DNA of 64,000 nt from Prasinococcaceae sp. CCMP 1430. Its lineage: Eukaryota; Plantae; Prasinodermophyta. The translations under genes were made by a program, and so were the position numbers. Location of the stretch: NCBI GenBank assembly GCA_013416795.1, contig RQSC01000308.1, positions 37,884 to 101,883 on the forward strand, read 5' to 3'. Below, one piece after another: positions 43,264 to 53,943 of the stretch; within the stretch, counting starts at the first letter, position 1; every line of letters begins with the position of its first letter. Under the pieces are notes generated by a model, which saw nothing but the letters and a program-made list of their open reading frames with translations, had not been told where the DNA came from and did no database searches.

Positions 43264-45940
43264 CTAATGCCGCGAGCGCTTGGCAGACTTAGGGGTGCCG
43301 TTAGCGGCCTTCTTCGCCTCCTGGATCTGCAGCTCGGTCGCCACGATCTCCCTTTTCACGCGCTCGCGGCGCGCCACGCGCTCAACGATGGTGCGCAGCT
43401 GCTCGCAGTCCCTGCGCATATCGCGCACACGCTGCAGGCACGCGCCTGCATGCACGATCGCAGCCGACATCTCCTCGCTGAGCTCGTCCTTGCGCTCGCG
43501 CTTGCGAGTATCGCGATCGCGCACGCGGGGCCGGTCCTCGATAATTGAAGTGGCGAGGTTGGCGGCGCTCCGCTTGGCCTCCTCGCGAGACCTGTCACGG
43601 ATCTCCTTGCGCTGGAGGCGCTTGGCTTCCTTCAACGACTCAGCGAGCGCCTCGACGTCCGTATTGCGGGCCAAGCGCTTCGCTCGTTCCTTGGCCTGAG
43701 CGTCTATGTCGTCCATAGCGCGTTCCAGCACCACCGCAAAGATCTTTTCGTTCGCGCGCCGTTGCATGATCAGCTCGTGCTGCGCCAGAATGAGCTCGCC
43801 AGTGACCTCGTCCTCGGGAGCAGTGGCCAGCAGACGTTGGCACTCGTCGCACCCAAGCAGCGCCTTGGTTGCCTCGAGCGAGGGCAGCAAAGCATCGCCG
43901 GGTGGCAGAAGAGACGGGACGAAAGCGCCTAGGCCATCGAGGTTTCCCTTTTTGCCGGCCGGCGCACTCGCAGCTGCCGGGGGCGGCGGAGCCGACGGCG
44001 TACCCGGCTTCTTTTCGGCGACAGGCGCTCGCTTCAGGCACTTGGCCGGGGCAGTGTCCGTGCCGCATCGCCCCTTGCGCTGCACCACGCAGACGGCGCA
44101 GCGACCGAGGTTTGCCTTCGACTCGGTATCACTTGCGACGAGTTCTGCATGCCTGGCAGCAATCCGTTCAGCAGCCTCAGACCCGAGCACTATGGGTGCA
44201 GGGAGCGAGTCAGTTGTCGCGAGGAGCTTGGCCGTCAGCGGATGCAGTCGCTCGGGCGGCTCGGGAATCTTCGCAGGAAGGGTGGCTGCTTTGCCGCTCG
44301 CTGCCTTCGCCGCCGGAACAGCTTGTTTCGCCGCTTGCAACTCGCGGGTCGGCGCGGCGCTGTTGCTCGGGGGTGGCACAGAAGGCGCGGGAGCCACGGC
44401 TCGCGCGGGTGCTGCTGGCCTGCCCGTAGCTCGTGGACCCACCCGCAGCCACTCCCTCGCAGCAGCCGTGATGATAGCGTTCTGTATCGGATTCGTCAGC
44501 CAGGAACTCAGCTCCCTCTGCTGCGTGCCCATCTTTGTCGCTACCTGACCCAGCGTCATCCCGCGAAGGGGAAGCGTCTGTCGAAGCAATGACGCCACCT
44601 CGGAGGGCTGGCAAGTGTCCAAGTAGTTCGCAGGTTCGCCCTCCGGGCAGTCTGTGCCGCTCGTCTGCTTTCCAGCATTTGCAGAGCTGGGGGCGCAGCC
44701 GTTGGTCAAACTCACTCCTGCCCTCGCCGTTCCCATCGCGGCGGAGATCTTCGCGTCGTTCTCCGCCCTGAGCTTGGAGTGCTTCCCACAGTACGCCTTC
44801 AACTCGAGCTCGTCGATCGAGCCACCCTTGCTGCGAATCTCCATCCGCCACTTGGACGCGCGGGCGCAGGTAGGGTGAAAGGCGGCGACGCAGTTGCCAT
44901 GTGCGCACTGGATGCATGCACCAGTCTTCTGGTTGCACACCCCGCATACTAACCGGAGGCGGTCACGGCGAATCTGATGCACGCCCTCGATGGGCGACAT
45001 TTTCTCTGTGTCGACGACAAAAGTCTCTGGAACCCACTGTGAACAGAAGAGGTGCGCGAAGCTCGCTCCTGCGGCACCGAGCTCGGCATTGCCTTGGCCG
45101 CTCGCGCCGAGAGCGTTGCTCTGCGCACCGCCTGCCGGCCCAGCCGGCGGCACGCCAACCTGACTGGGAATCGATCCGTCCATGTTCCGCACTGGCTTAA
45201 GTGCCCCGCCCGGCACGGTACAGAGCATACATTTGGCGCCGACGACGCCCTGCGAGCAGGGCGTGCACAGCCATGGGCCGTCGGGCACCTCATTGACACC
45301 GTAGCAGATCTGGTGCACGGGCACGTTGCACTGCTCGCAATAAATGATTCTGTTGCCCTCGACGCTCGTACCGTCACAGCATACGTGGCATACGTCGGCC
45401 TCTGCGTCGTTGTTTGGAGAGATGACGGTGACGATCTCTGGCACTCCAGGCACACCGCCACTGTCGCGATTCATAGCGGCGATTGCGCGTTTGCGGCGCG
45501 AGGCCGCCGCCTGTTCTGATCGGATCTTGGCCAGCCTTGCGGCCTCTGCCGCATCCTCATCCTTCCAGCGCTCCTCATATGGCCGCCCAGTCGCGGGGAT
45601 CCTGAAAAATGGCGCGTCTGCCCCAGCCGAGCCCCCCTGCGGTGGCAGCAGCGCCGCGATGTCGGCGGCGCTCAGGTCGCGGAAGTAGTCGTCACAGTAC
45701 ATCCTGAAGCTCACCTCAGGGATATCGACGACGTCACACGCCGTCCAGGCCAGCCGACCCACCGGTTCGCTCTTCTTTGGCTCCTTTGGCCGCGCCGAGC
45801 TGCCGCTTCGTCCGCGTCTCGCTTTCTCCTGCGGCACGCGTGCGCGCTCCTCCTTCGCTGCGAGCACCTCTTGAGGCAACGCCTGCAGCGACTGTAAGCG
45901 CTCATGCGCGGGGCGGGCGCGGCGTAAAGGAAGAGCAGCA
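43264..45940 (-). CDS. PZP-domain (PHD plus extended PHD) chromatin protein, BRPF/JADE/NTO1-like; 5' end uncertain (N-gap)
   Basis: CHVCCDG...NRIIYCEQCNVPVHQICYGV...WLCTPC; CMLC...GGALKP; FAHLFCSQWVPE; CGVC...GACIQCAHGNCVAAFHPTCAR; upstream YCDDYFRDLS; EDEVTGEL. Confidence 0.9.
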
Positions 45941-45971
<31 letters not shown>

Positions 45972-46196
45972 NNNNNNNNNNNNNNNNNNNNNNNNNNNNN
46001 NNNNNNNNNNNNNNNNNNNNNNNNNNNNNNNNNNNNNNNNNNNNNNNNNNNNNNNNNNNNNNNNNNNNNNNNNNNNNNNNNNNNNNNNNNNNNNNNNNNN
46101 NNNNNNNNNNNNNNNNNNNNNNNNNNNNNNNNNNNNNNNNNNNNNNNNNNNNNNNNNNNNNNNNNNNNNNNNNNNNNNNNNNNNNNNNNNNNNNNN

Positions 46197-46229
<33 letters not shown>
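45941..46229 (+). repeat. G31 and G33 homopolymers flanking an assembly gap (45972-46196)
   Basis: Direct reading of the sequence. Confidence 0.85.
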
Positions 46230-46232
<3 letters not shown>

Positions 46233-46775
46233 GACGCGCAGCGACGTATGGTGCCCCCCCCTCCCCCTCCCTCCTCCACCCCCGCCCAGCGGCCCCTCCC
46301 CTGCCTCCCTCTGACCCCAGCCCTGCACGCCGCGCGGGGCCGCAAAAGAAAAAAAAAGTCGGGGGCCAGCGGATGCATATGGAATGATGGGATTTTTTTT
46401 TGCGGCGCGCTCGCGGACCGCACGCGCGCAAACGGAGACCATTGGCCTATCAAAATCAGCCCGCCGGCCAAGTTTTTTTTTTGTTTGGTGCCGAGGCGCA
46501 CGCTGGGGTGGGCGGGTGCGCGTCGCGGTGGTGGGCGGTCGTGTGCCACTCGGCGCGGGGGCGACGCCAGTGCAACCCGCGCAGCCGACACAAGCGGTCA
46601 GCAGGTGCCGTGCACGCGCCCGCCTCTTCGCCCGCCGCGCGCGGCACCGCGCGCCGCGCGCGTGCATCCCTGCGGGTGCACCCGCGCGAGAGCGCGAGAG
46701 CGCACGCTCGGTCCGGGGAGCGACTGCGGCTGAAGCGGCCACCACGCGCGGAGGCCGGCGGCCGGCGGGGTAGCC

Positions 46776-47316
46776 ATGGCGCGCGACTACGAGGTCAAGT
46801 TCGCGTCTCCGACCAACGAATACGACCCGGAGAAGCCCAACTGTGCGTTGCGTGGCAGCGTGTGGTGGTAGGCGCCGCATGTGTGCCGCGCACGCTCAGC
46901 GTGACTGCTGCGCATTTTAGGTTTAGGAGGGACCCTCCTGATGGCTGCAGCCGATGCATCGGCGCACACGACGTCGCTTGTCCCCAGGCCCACTCCCGCC
47001 CCACCCACCCACGTGTTGTTGCTGACCCTCCGCTGCCCGCCCCCTTCCGCCCTGTCCTTCCCGTTCTCTTCGGGCTGCAGCGAACCTTGCCGCGCGTGGC
47101 GAGTACCTCGAGCATCTCGGCCGCGAGCAGTACGTGAACATTGGACACGCGAAGAACATTCAGGAGAAGCTCAAGCAGTGCTGGCTGCGCGAGGGCGTGA
47201 ACCACTTCGATAATTGCCGCGACCTTGCGCACGCGTACAAGGCGGCGACGGAGAAGGTGGGCTTGGGTTGGAAATTCACAGGCAAGGCGCCCGCAGCGCC
47301 GGTAGACGACGAGTGA
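46776..47316 (+). CDS. NDUFB10: Complex I subunit NDUFB10 (PDSW), exons 46776-46842 and 47081-47316
   Basis: EYDPEKPN|S...REQYVNIGHAKNIQEKLKQCWLREGVNHFDNCRDL; phase-1 intron GTGCGT...GCTGAC...CTGCAG. Confidence 0.9.
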
Positions 47317-47506
47317 TGAACGCCGGCGTCTTCATGATACAGTAACATTTTTGCGACACGAGGCCCGAGATGCGCTGCTCTGCTGCGCAGTAGGTGAGCG
47401 GATGTGCTGGTATACAGGGCAGAGGGTACAGACTTTACATGGGTGGGTGCCGTGCTGATGGCGTGGACGTGACGCTGCGCGCTGCCCCTCCCAGGTCGGT
47501 GACGCG

Positions 47507-49490
47507 TCAACGAATGACGCCCGCCACCAACAGCGCGCCGAAAAGAATGTACAAAGCGTACCAGCCGACGCCGAAGTAGCCAAACTCGCGCGGTATGCGG
47601 TTGCGCCCACCAAATGGCAAAAGACCCACGACCACGACTGCCACGCAGTAGATGACGAGCATGACCATGCCGATGAACACTTTGGTATCCAGTGTGACGG
47701 GGAAGCTGCGCACATTGTTGGCTGAGAGGTACGCGAACACGCCCAGCGATAGGCCCACCAGCATGTTGAACACGGGCCCCGCAAAGCAAGCTGTCATGGA
47801 CATGTTGCCGAGGCCTTTCTTAGCCATCGCAATATTGGTGCTGAGGTCACCGATGGAGTTGCCCCATGCGAGCACAGTCAGGCCGAGGAGGTCCTGGTCG
47901 ACGCCGAGAATCACGCCAGCGCTGCTCAGGACAGCCACCAGCTCGTTGGCTATGACGTCAATCCAAGTGGCAGCGACGAAGAAACCCACACCAGCGACAG
48001 CATAGCCGAGGACACCAGTGGGCGGACTGCCATCCACAAAGGCAAACCAACCACCAGTAGCCGCGGCACCGCCCACCAGCACGCTGAGCACCACTGCAAC
48101 CGGTTCGCCAATCTCGCCGAGGTACCAACACAGCCAAAGCGGCGCGAGAGCGAGGGAGAGCAGCACAAATGGCTTCACATACTCTTCCCTCGAGGTCATG
48201 GGCACGGTGGCGATGCGCATAGCCATGAAGGGCGCCTCGAGCACTGCAGCAACTTTGCTGGCAGCGCCCATCTCCTGGAAGGTTTCCCATGTGTCCCCAA
48301 GCTCGCACACCATCCTTTCGCGCAGACCCATTGGAATGCTTTCGGCGTCCGAGGCCACCTGCGACTCGCCGTCGCCCCCCTCGGCGCAGGCGCCCGCCTC
48401 GTTCGCCGGCGCCGATGCATTGTCGGTGGTTGCATCAACGGCATCCCCGCGCATAGACTGCGTCCGAGCCATCATGTCTAGAGCTCGTTCGCGGTAGAAA
48501 TTTGGGCCGTGGTGGTGTCGGTGGCCATGTTGTCTCTGCGCACGGTGGTGAGCGTAAAGCGCATCAGGCGTGATCCTGTCGCCGCCCGTATCGCCCAGCT
48601 GCACGTACTGTACGTCTTCCACGTCATCAGCATCGCCGAAGCGATCCTCCCCATCCGCCCAGTCGAGCATCTCGGCGTTTAACTCCTCGGAGGTGCGCTG
48701 CCTTGGCAGATACACCCGTCGGTGGTACATGTCCGCTGCCAACACGGAGGCAACGAAGACCACATACGCCGCGAGGAAGAAGGCCGCCTTGGCGTACGTG
48801 GCGGTGCCACTCGCAAGCATCGCTGTGGCGCTCACCAGCGTCCCTGCGTACACGGAGACGTCCCGCACAAGCGCGCCCTTAGCCTTCGCACCGCCGCTGT
48901 ACACCATGACGAGCCCCGCGACGCACGTGCACACGAACATGCCCGCGCCTGTGAGGGCTCCAAGCGACAGAGAGTACTGGCCCGCGCGGATAGCGCTCAC
49001 CGTGGAGGCCACGTCGGGTGCGCCATTGCCGAGCGCGAGCAGCGTCACGCCGGCGAAGCGCGGCGGCAGGCCCATGTCGTTGCTCAGCTGCTCCAAAGTC
49101 GGCGCGAAGAACGCGTCTGCGGTTGAGCCCAGCATCAGGAACAAAAGCACCGTCTCCACGACGACGAACACGACGAACAGTGCGCGCGAGAGCGCCCCGC
49201 CGCAGTACCACCATGGTAGGTACGCTACGATGCCGTCCGCATCGCCGCACGCGCACCTGGCGTGAGTGCACCGCCAGCGCAGCTCCTGCGAGCGGACGTC
49301 TTTGCACGCGGGTGGCGACTCTGGCGCAGGCGCAGCAGGTGCCGGAGGCACAGGCGGCTCCTTCGCCGTGGGCGGCGGCAGCACGGGTGGCATGAATTCA
49401 TCGCACGTGCACGCCCCCGGGTCCTCGCACGGCGGCTCGTAAGCCGCCGCGCGCGGGCAGCGCGCCGCCGCCGCCGCCCCGGCGAGCGCG
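47507..49490 (-). CDS. Cation/Ca2+ exchanger (CCX/NCLX family); start in the N-gap
   Basis: Alpha-1 repeat AGVTLLALGNGAPDV; alpha-2 repeat LGLTVLAWGNSIGDLSTN...ACFAGPVFNMLVG. Confidence 0.93.
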
Positions 49491-49970
49491 NNNNNNNNNN
49501 NNNNNNNNNNNNNNNNNNNNNNNNNNNNNNNNNNNNNNNNNNNNNNNNNNNNNNNNNNNNNNNNNNNNNNNNNNNNNNNNNNNNNNNNNNNNNNNNNNNN
49601 NNNNNNNNNNNNNNNNNNNNNNNNNNNNNNNNNNNNNNNNNNNNNNNNNNNNNNNNNNNNNNNNNNNNNNNNNNNNNNNNNNNNNNNNNNNNNNNNNNNN
49701 NNNNNNNNNNNNNNNNNNNNNNNNNNNNNNNNNNNNNNNNNNNNNNNNNNNNNNNNNNNNNNNNNNNNNNNNNNNNNNNNNNNNNNNNNNNNNNNNNNNN
49801 NNNNNNNNNNNNNNNNNNNNNNNNNNNNNNNNNNNNNNNNNNNNNNNNNNNNNNNNNNNNNNNNNNNNNNNNNNNNNNNNNNNNNNNNNCGGGCCACGCC
49901 GCAGAGCGGGGCGCGCCGCGGACGCGCGGGCGCCGCCGCCTGCGGAAGGCTCACGAGCGTCGCCCGCGGT

Positions 49971-52900
49971 GTGGCGAGGGCTCTGGCGGTCGCGGTGGCG
50001 CACGCGTTGCAGGTGGGGCCGATGGCGGCTGGGGACGGGCTCGGAGGTGCGCGCACGGGCGTTGCCCTTGCGTCGGGCGGCGCGTTGCACGAGGAAGGGC
50101 GTCACGTCGAGAGCGGAGCAGTCTCCATCGAGGTCGCCGTGCCGGCCCAGAGCCCCGTGATGACCTTCCAGCAGATTGAAAGTGACGTGAGGGTCGAGAT
50201 GGAAGGCGCTGTCTCTCACGTCGACGCAGCAGCCCCACTGTCGCCCGTCAAGGCGGGCAGGCGCAGCTGGGAGGTGCCGCTGCGCGCCGGGGACGTGGTC
50301 TCGCTGCTCTCGGCCGATGGCACGCGCGCGTACGCTCTGGACGGCAAGTCCCTGAAACTGCTGCCGGCCGGCGAGCGCCCCAAGCGTGCCGAGGATGCGG
50401 AGCTCGAAGTCGTGCGCGATGGCGCTTACCTATGCTTCCGGTCGGCTGCGGCAGGCGGCAAGCTCCTTCAGGCGCGGAGGAGCCCGCCTCATCACCTCGA
50501 GTTCTTCGCCAGTGTTGCAGGCATGTGGGAGCACTTCCATGCTCGTGGAGTGGACCCTGCGCGTGAGGCGCTGTCGCGCAAGGGTGGCACTGCCATTTCC
50601 CTTGAGCACCGCATCGTGGCGGACGCAACATTGGCCGCGCGCGTCGTATTGCTCAGTGTCCCGGCCGCAGCTGAGGACGTGCAAGGGAGTCATCGCCGAT
50701 ACGAGCGCACGCGTGCACGTGGAGGCCACAACGACACTCTCGGGTCCATGCACGGCGTGCTCGGTCGGATGCTGGCGAGGGCCGCACACCACAGCAGTTG
50801 GAAAAGGCAAATGCGCGCTTTCTCTCGCTGGAGCCTGACGATTCGCCGAAGCAATCATGCAGCGGCTATGCACAGACATCTCCGCATGCATGCTCACATT
50901 CTGCACCGCGCGATGACGAGAATTCTCCGCGAGGCATTCACGGAATGGCACGATACGACCACTGCGAATGGTCGAAAACTCCGCGGACTGGCGAAGATAA
51001 TCGCTCGCGTGCAGCTCCGCGTCGCTGCGTTCGCCCTGGACAGGTGGTGCACCTTCGTATCTGAGGCAGCGCGCCTACGCGTGATCCTCGGCCGCGCTGC
51101 CGTCAAGCTGGCCAAACGTCAGATGGCGACCGCCTTCGGCTGCTGGGTACGCGCTCTACATATGGCTCGTGCTGATCGCGTGAAAGAACGGGATATTGCC
51201 CGTTTGATACAACGCGTCATGAGCCGCGGTCTGTCGTTGGCGTTCGACGGCTGGGTGGACGGCGTGGCTGCCGCACGGAGGGATCGGCAGCGGTGCGACT
51301 TCGTGTCCGAGGCCGCGCACGTGCGCGTGGTGCTTGGCCGCGTCGGTGCCCGGCTGGCGAAGCGTCAGCTTTCGAGCGCTTTCGGCTGCTGGGCGAACGC
51401 ACTGCATGCAGCTCGTGCTGATCGCCTGCGCAAGCGAGGTGTGACTCGCTTGATGCATCGTGTGAGCAACCGCGAGCTCTCATTGTGTCTCAGCAGCTGG
51501 ATGGATACTGTGGCGGCTGTTCGCGCCGAGCGTGCTCGTGAGGAGCGCATGGGTCGCCTGATGCGTCACATCATGAGCCGCGATCTGTCGTTGGCGTTCG
51601 ACAGCTGGCGCGACACGGTCGTCGCGCTGGCTGGCCAGCGCCGGCGCGTGACGAGGATGGCGAGTCGCCTGCGTGTTCGCGTGGCTGCGTCGGCGCTGGA
51701 GAGGTGGTGTGACTTCGTGTCCGAGGCCGCGCACATGCGCGTGGTGCTTGGCCGCGCCGCTGTCCGTCTGGCGAAGCGTCAGCTTTCGGGCGCTTTCGGC
51801 TGCTGGCTCAACGCTGTTCAGAGCGGGCGTGATATACGTGCCAAGCACGCACGTATGGCGAGGTTCCTCGGGCGTGTCATGAGCCGCGTTTTGTCAGGTG
51901 CATGGGATGCATGGATTGAGGGCATTGTCGCATTGCAGAAGCAGAGAAAGTTGGTCAAGCATTTCACACGTCGCATAATCATGCGCCAAGTTGCCAGCGC
52001 ATTCTATGGCTGGCGCGACACGATTGTTGTGCTGGCTGGCCAGCGCCGGCGCGTGACGAAGATGGCATCTCGCCTGCGCGTGCGCATGGCTGCGTCGGTG
52101 CTGGAGAGGTGGTGCGACTTCGTGTCCGAGGCCGCGCACTTGCGCGTGGTACTGGATGGTGCCTTGCGGAAGATGATGCATCGGCAGCTTAGCACGGCGC
52201 TCTTCACATGGCTTGAGTACACCAAAGTATGCCGAGCGGAGAAGGTGCAGAAGGCGCGTCTTGCTCGTATTCTTGGGCGTTTGAGGCATCGTGTTCTTTC
52301 CTTGGCATTTGAAGGCTGGGTTGAAGGAACTGTTACTGCCAAGAAGCAGCGGGTGGTGGCGGAGCGTGCCATGAGAACGATTATTGGCCGCCGCGTGAAT
52401 GCAGCCTTCACGGGATGGCGCGAGACCGTTCAAATACTGCACCATCAGAGGTCCCAACTCACGAAAATGATCGCGTGCATGCAGCTACGCGTTGCCGCGT
52501 CCGCGTTCGACCGATGGCGCGCATACGTGATCGATACGGCCGTTGCAAAGAGGCGACGCCAGGTAGCGGATCGCGCGACTCGGCGTATGGTTGGGAGGAG
52601 GATGGCCGGCGCATTCAGCGGCTGGCATAGCACCACCCAGTCGCTGAGGGCTAAGCGCACCATGCGGGTTCAGATCGCTGCGCGAACGATGCACCGACAC
52701 ATGGCCGAATGCTTCGACGCTTGGCTCTTTTTCCGAGAGGAACGGCTTTCCGTCCGAGAGGAGCGTGCTCGGATGCGGGACGTGGCCAACCGCGCCTTGG
52801 GCGCAAGGGTGCGCCAGCGACTGCGCGGCATCTTCACTGCATGGGCGTCCGTCGCCAACGAGCGCATTTGCCAGAGGGAGCGCCTCATGCTCGTGGTGAA

Positions 52901-53750
52901 TGCGCTGTGGCAGAGCAAGATGCTTGCCGCTTTTCAGGGCTGGGCGGCTCGTTCGATTGGTAGGGCGCGCTTCAAGGACAGGCTGTGTGCTACAGTCGTC
53001 CGCTGGCGTGGCCGGCGCCTCGCTGGCTGCTTCGACGCATGGTGCGCCGCCACGCGCGCGAGTGACGCCACGGTCGTTATCCAGTACTCGCCACCGCGTG
53101 CATCCGTCTCCCCGGTGCGTCGCATGGGTGATGCCATGGCACATCTCCTGCAGCAGTTCGCGCCGGACGAGAGCGCCGCTCCCAGTACCGAGTGCACGCA
53201 GGGCACGTTGCTAGCTGCCTACGACATTGTGCAGGACTCGCCACCGCGTGCATCCGTCTCCCCGGCGCGTCGCATGGGTGACGCGATGGCACATCTCCTG
53301 CAGCAGTTCGTGCCGGACGAGAGCGCCACTCCCAGTACCGAGTGCACGCAGGGCACGTTGCTAGCTGCCTACGACATTGTGCAGGACTCGCCACCGCGTG
53401 CATCCGTCTCCCCGGCGCGTCGCATGGGTGACGCGATGGCACATCTCCTGCAGCAGTTCGTGCCGGACGAGAGCGCCACTCCCAGTACCGAGTGCACGCA
53501 GGGCACGTTGCTAGCCGCCTACGAAACGGTGCTGGGGGAGGTGTCCAATCTGGAGGGTTCGGTTGCGGAGCTCGAAGAGAGTCGCGCAAAGCGCACTATT
53601 GAGCTCAGCGCTGGCATTGCTGCGCAGAAGGAAAACCTCTTCGCCGCCGGCGAGTCAATGCACGGCCTGTTGGGCGAGCTTAGGGAGACGAGCACCGCGT
53701 TGCACGGTGACCTCGCCCGCCCCTGGGATCAGAGCAGACTGCGGCGCTGA
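49971..53750 (+). CDS. Sfi1-like centrin-binding repeat protein; 5' end uncertain
   Basis: About 20 helical repeats ending in (A/S)(A)FxxW (LSLAFDGW, MATAFGCW, LSGAWDAW, VNAAFTGW, MAECFDAW) spaced ~30-40 aa apart. Confidence 0.7.
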   Translation: MARALAVAVAHALQVGPMAAGDGLGGARTGVALASGGALHEEGRHVESGAVSIEVAVPAQSPVMTFQQIESDVRVEMEGAVSHVDAAAPLSPVKAGRRSWEVPLRAGDVVSLLSADGTRAYALDGKSLKLLPAGERPKRAEDAELEVVRDGAYLCFRSAAAGGKLLQARRSPPHHLEFFASVAGMWEHFHARGVDPAREALSRKGGTAISLEHRIVADATLAARVVLLSVPAAAEDVQGSHRRYERTRARGGHNDTLGSMHGVLGRMLARAAHHSSWKRQMRAFSRWSLTIRRSNHAAAMHRHLRMHAHILHRAMTRILREAFTEWHDTTTANGRKLRGLAKIIARVQLRVAAFALDRWCTFVSEAARLRVILGRAAVKLAKRQMATAFGCWVRALHMARADRVKERDIARLIQRVMSRGLSLAFDGWVDGVAAARRDRQRCDFVSEAAHVRVVLGRVGARLAKRQLSSAFGCWANALHAARADRLRKRGVTRLMHRVSNRELSLCLSSWMDTVAAVRAERAREERMGRLMRHIMSRDLSLAFDSWRDTVVALAGQRRRVTRMASRLRVRVAASALERWCDFVSEAAHMRVVLGRAAVRLAKRQLSGAFGCWLNAVQSGRDIRAKHARMARFLGRVMSRVLSGAWDAWIEGIVALQKQRKLVKHFTRRIIMRQVASAFYGWRDTIVVLAGQRRRVTKMASRLRVRMAASVLERWCDFVSEAAHLRVVLDGALRKMMHRQLSTALFTWLEYTKVCRAEKVQKARLARILGRLRHRVLSLAFEGWVEGTVTAKKQRVVAERAMRTIIGRRVNAAFTGWRETVQILHHQRSQLTKMIACMQLRVAASAFDRWRAYVIDTAVAKRRRQVADRATRRMVGRRMAGAFSGWHSTTQSLRAKRTMRVQIAARTMHRHMAECFDAWLFFREERLSVREERARMRDVANRALGARVRQRLRGIFTAWASVANERICQRERLMLVVNALWQSKMLAAFQGWAARSIGRARFKDRLCATVVRWRGRRLAGCFDAWCAATRASDATVVIQYSPPRASVSPVRRMGDAMAHLLQQFAPDESAAPSTECTQGTLLAAYDIVQDSPPRASVSPARRMGDAMAHLLQQFVPDESATPSTECTQGTLLAAYDIVQDSPPRASVSPARRMGDAMAHLLQQFVPDESATPSTECTQGTLLAAYETVLGEVSNLEGSVAELEESRAKRTIELSAGIAAQKENLFAAGESMHGLLGELRETSTALHGDLARPWDQSRLRR
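53082..53531 (+). repeat. Three near-identical in-frame 150-bp (50-aa) tandem repeats
   Basis: Units start at 53082, 53232, 53382: Q(Y/D)SPPRASVSP(V/A)RRMGDAMAHLLQQF(A/V)PDESA(A/T)PSTECTQGTLLAAY. Confidence 0.95.
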
Positions 53751-53943
53751 CACTCAGCTTTCAGCAGTTGCGCATCTCAGGGGCGCGCGTACTTGGTGTT
53801 TGTCGCATGGCTGCCACAGTCTAACTGCATGCCACGTGGAGAGAGACCCCAGCGAATCGACGGACGCGACAGGAACATAACAAATGCTACACAATCAGAC
53901 CAATGCAATTTTTCATTCGCATCAACAGCATAAGGCGCGCGCC

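Noticed and set aside
46915-46927. Telomere-like TTTTAGGTTTAGG in the NDUFB10 intron
   Set aside because: Only two degenerate units; too short to call an interstitial telomere.
53082-53531. Possible CRISPR array
   Set aside because: 150-bp units are identical along their length, in frame and coding; no unique spacers, no cas genes, eukaryotic context.
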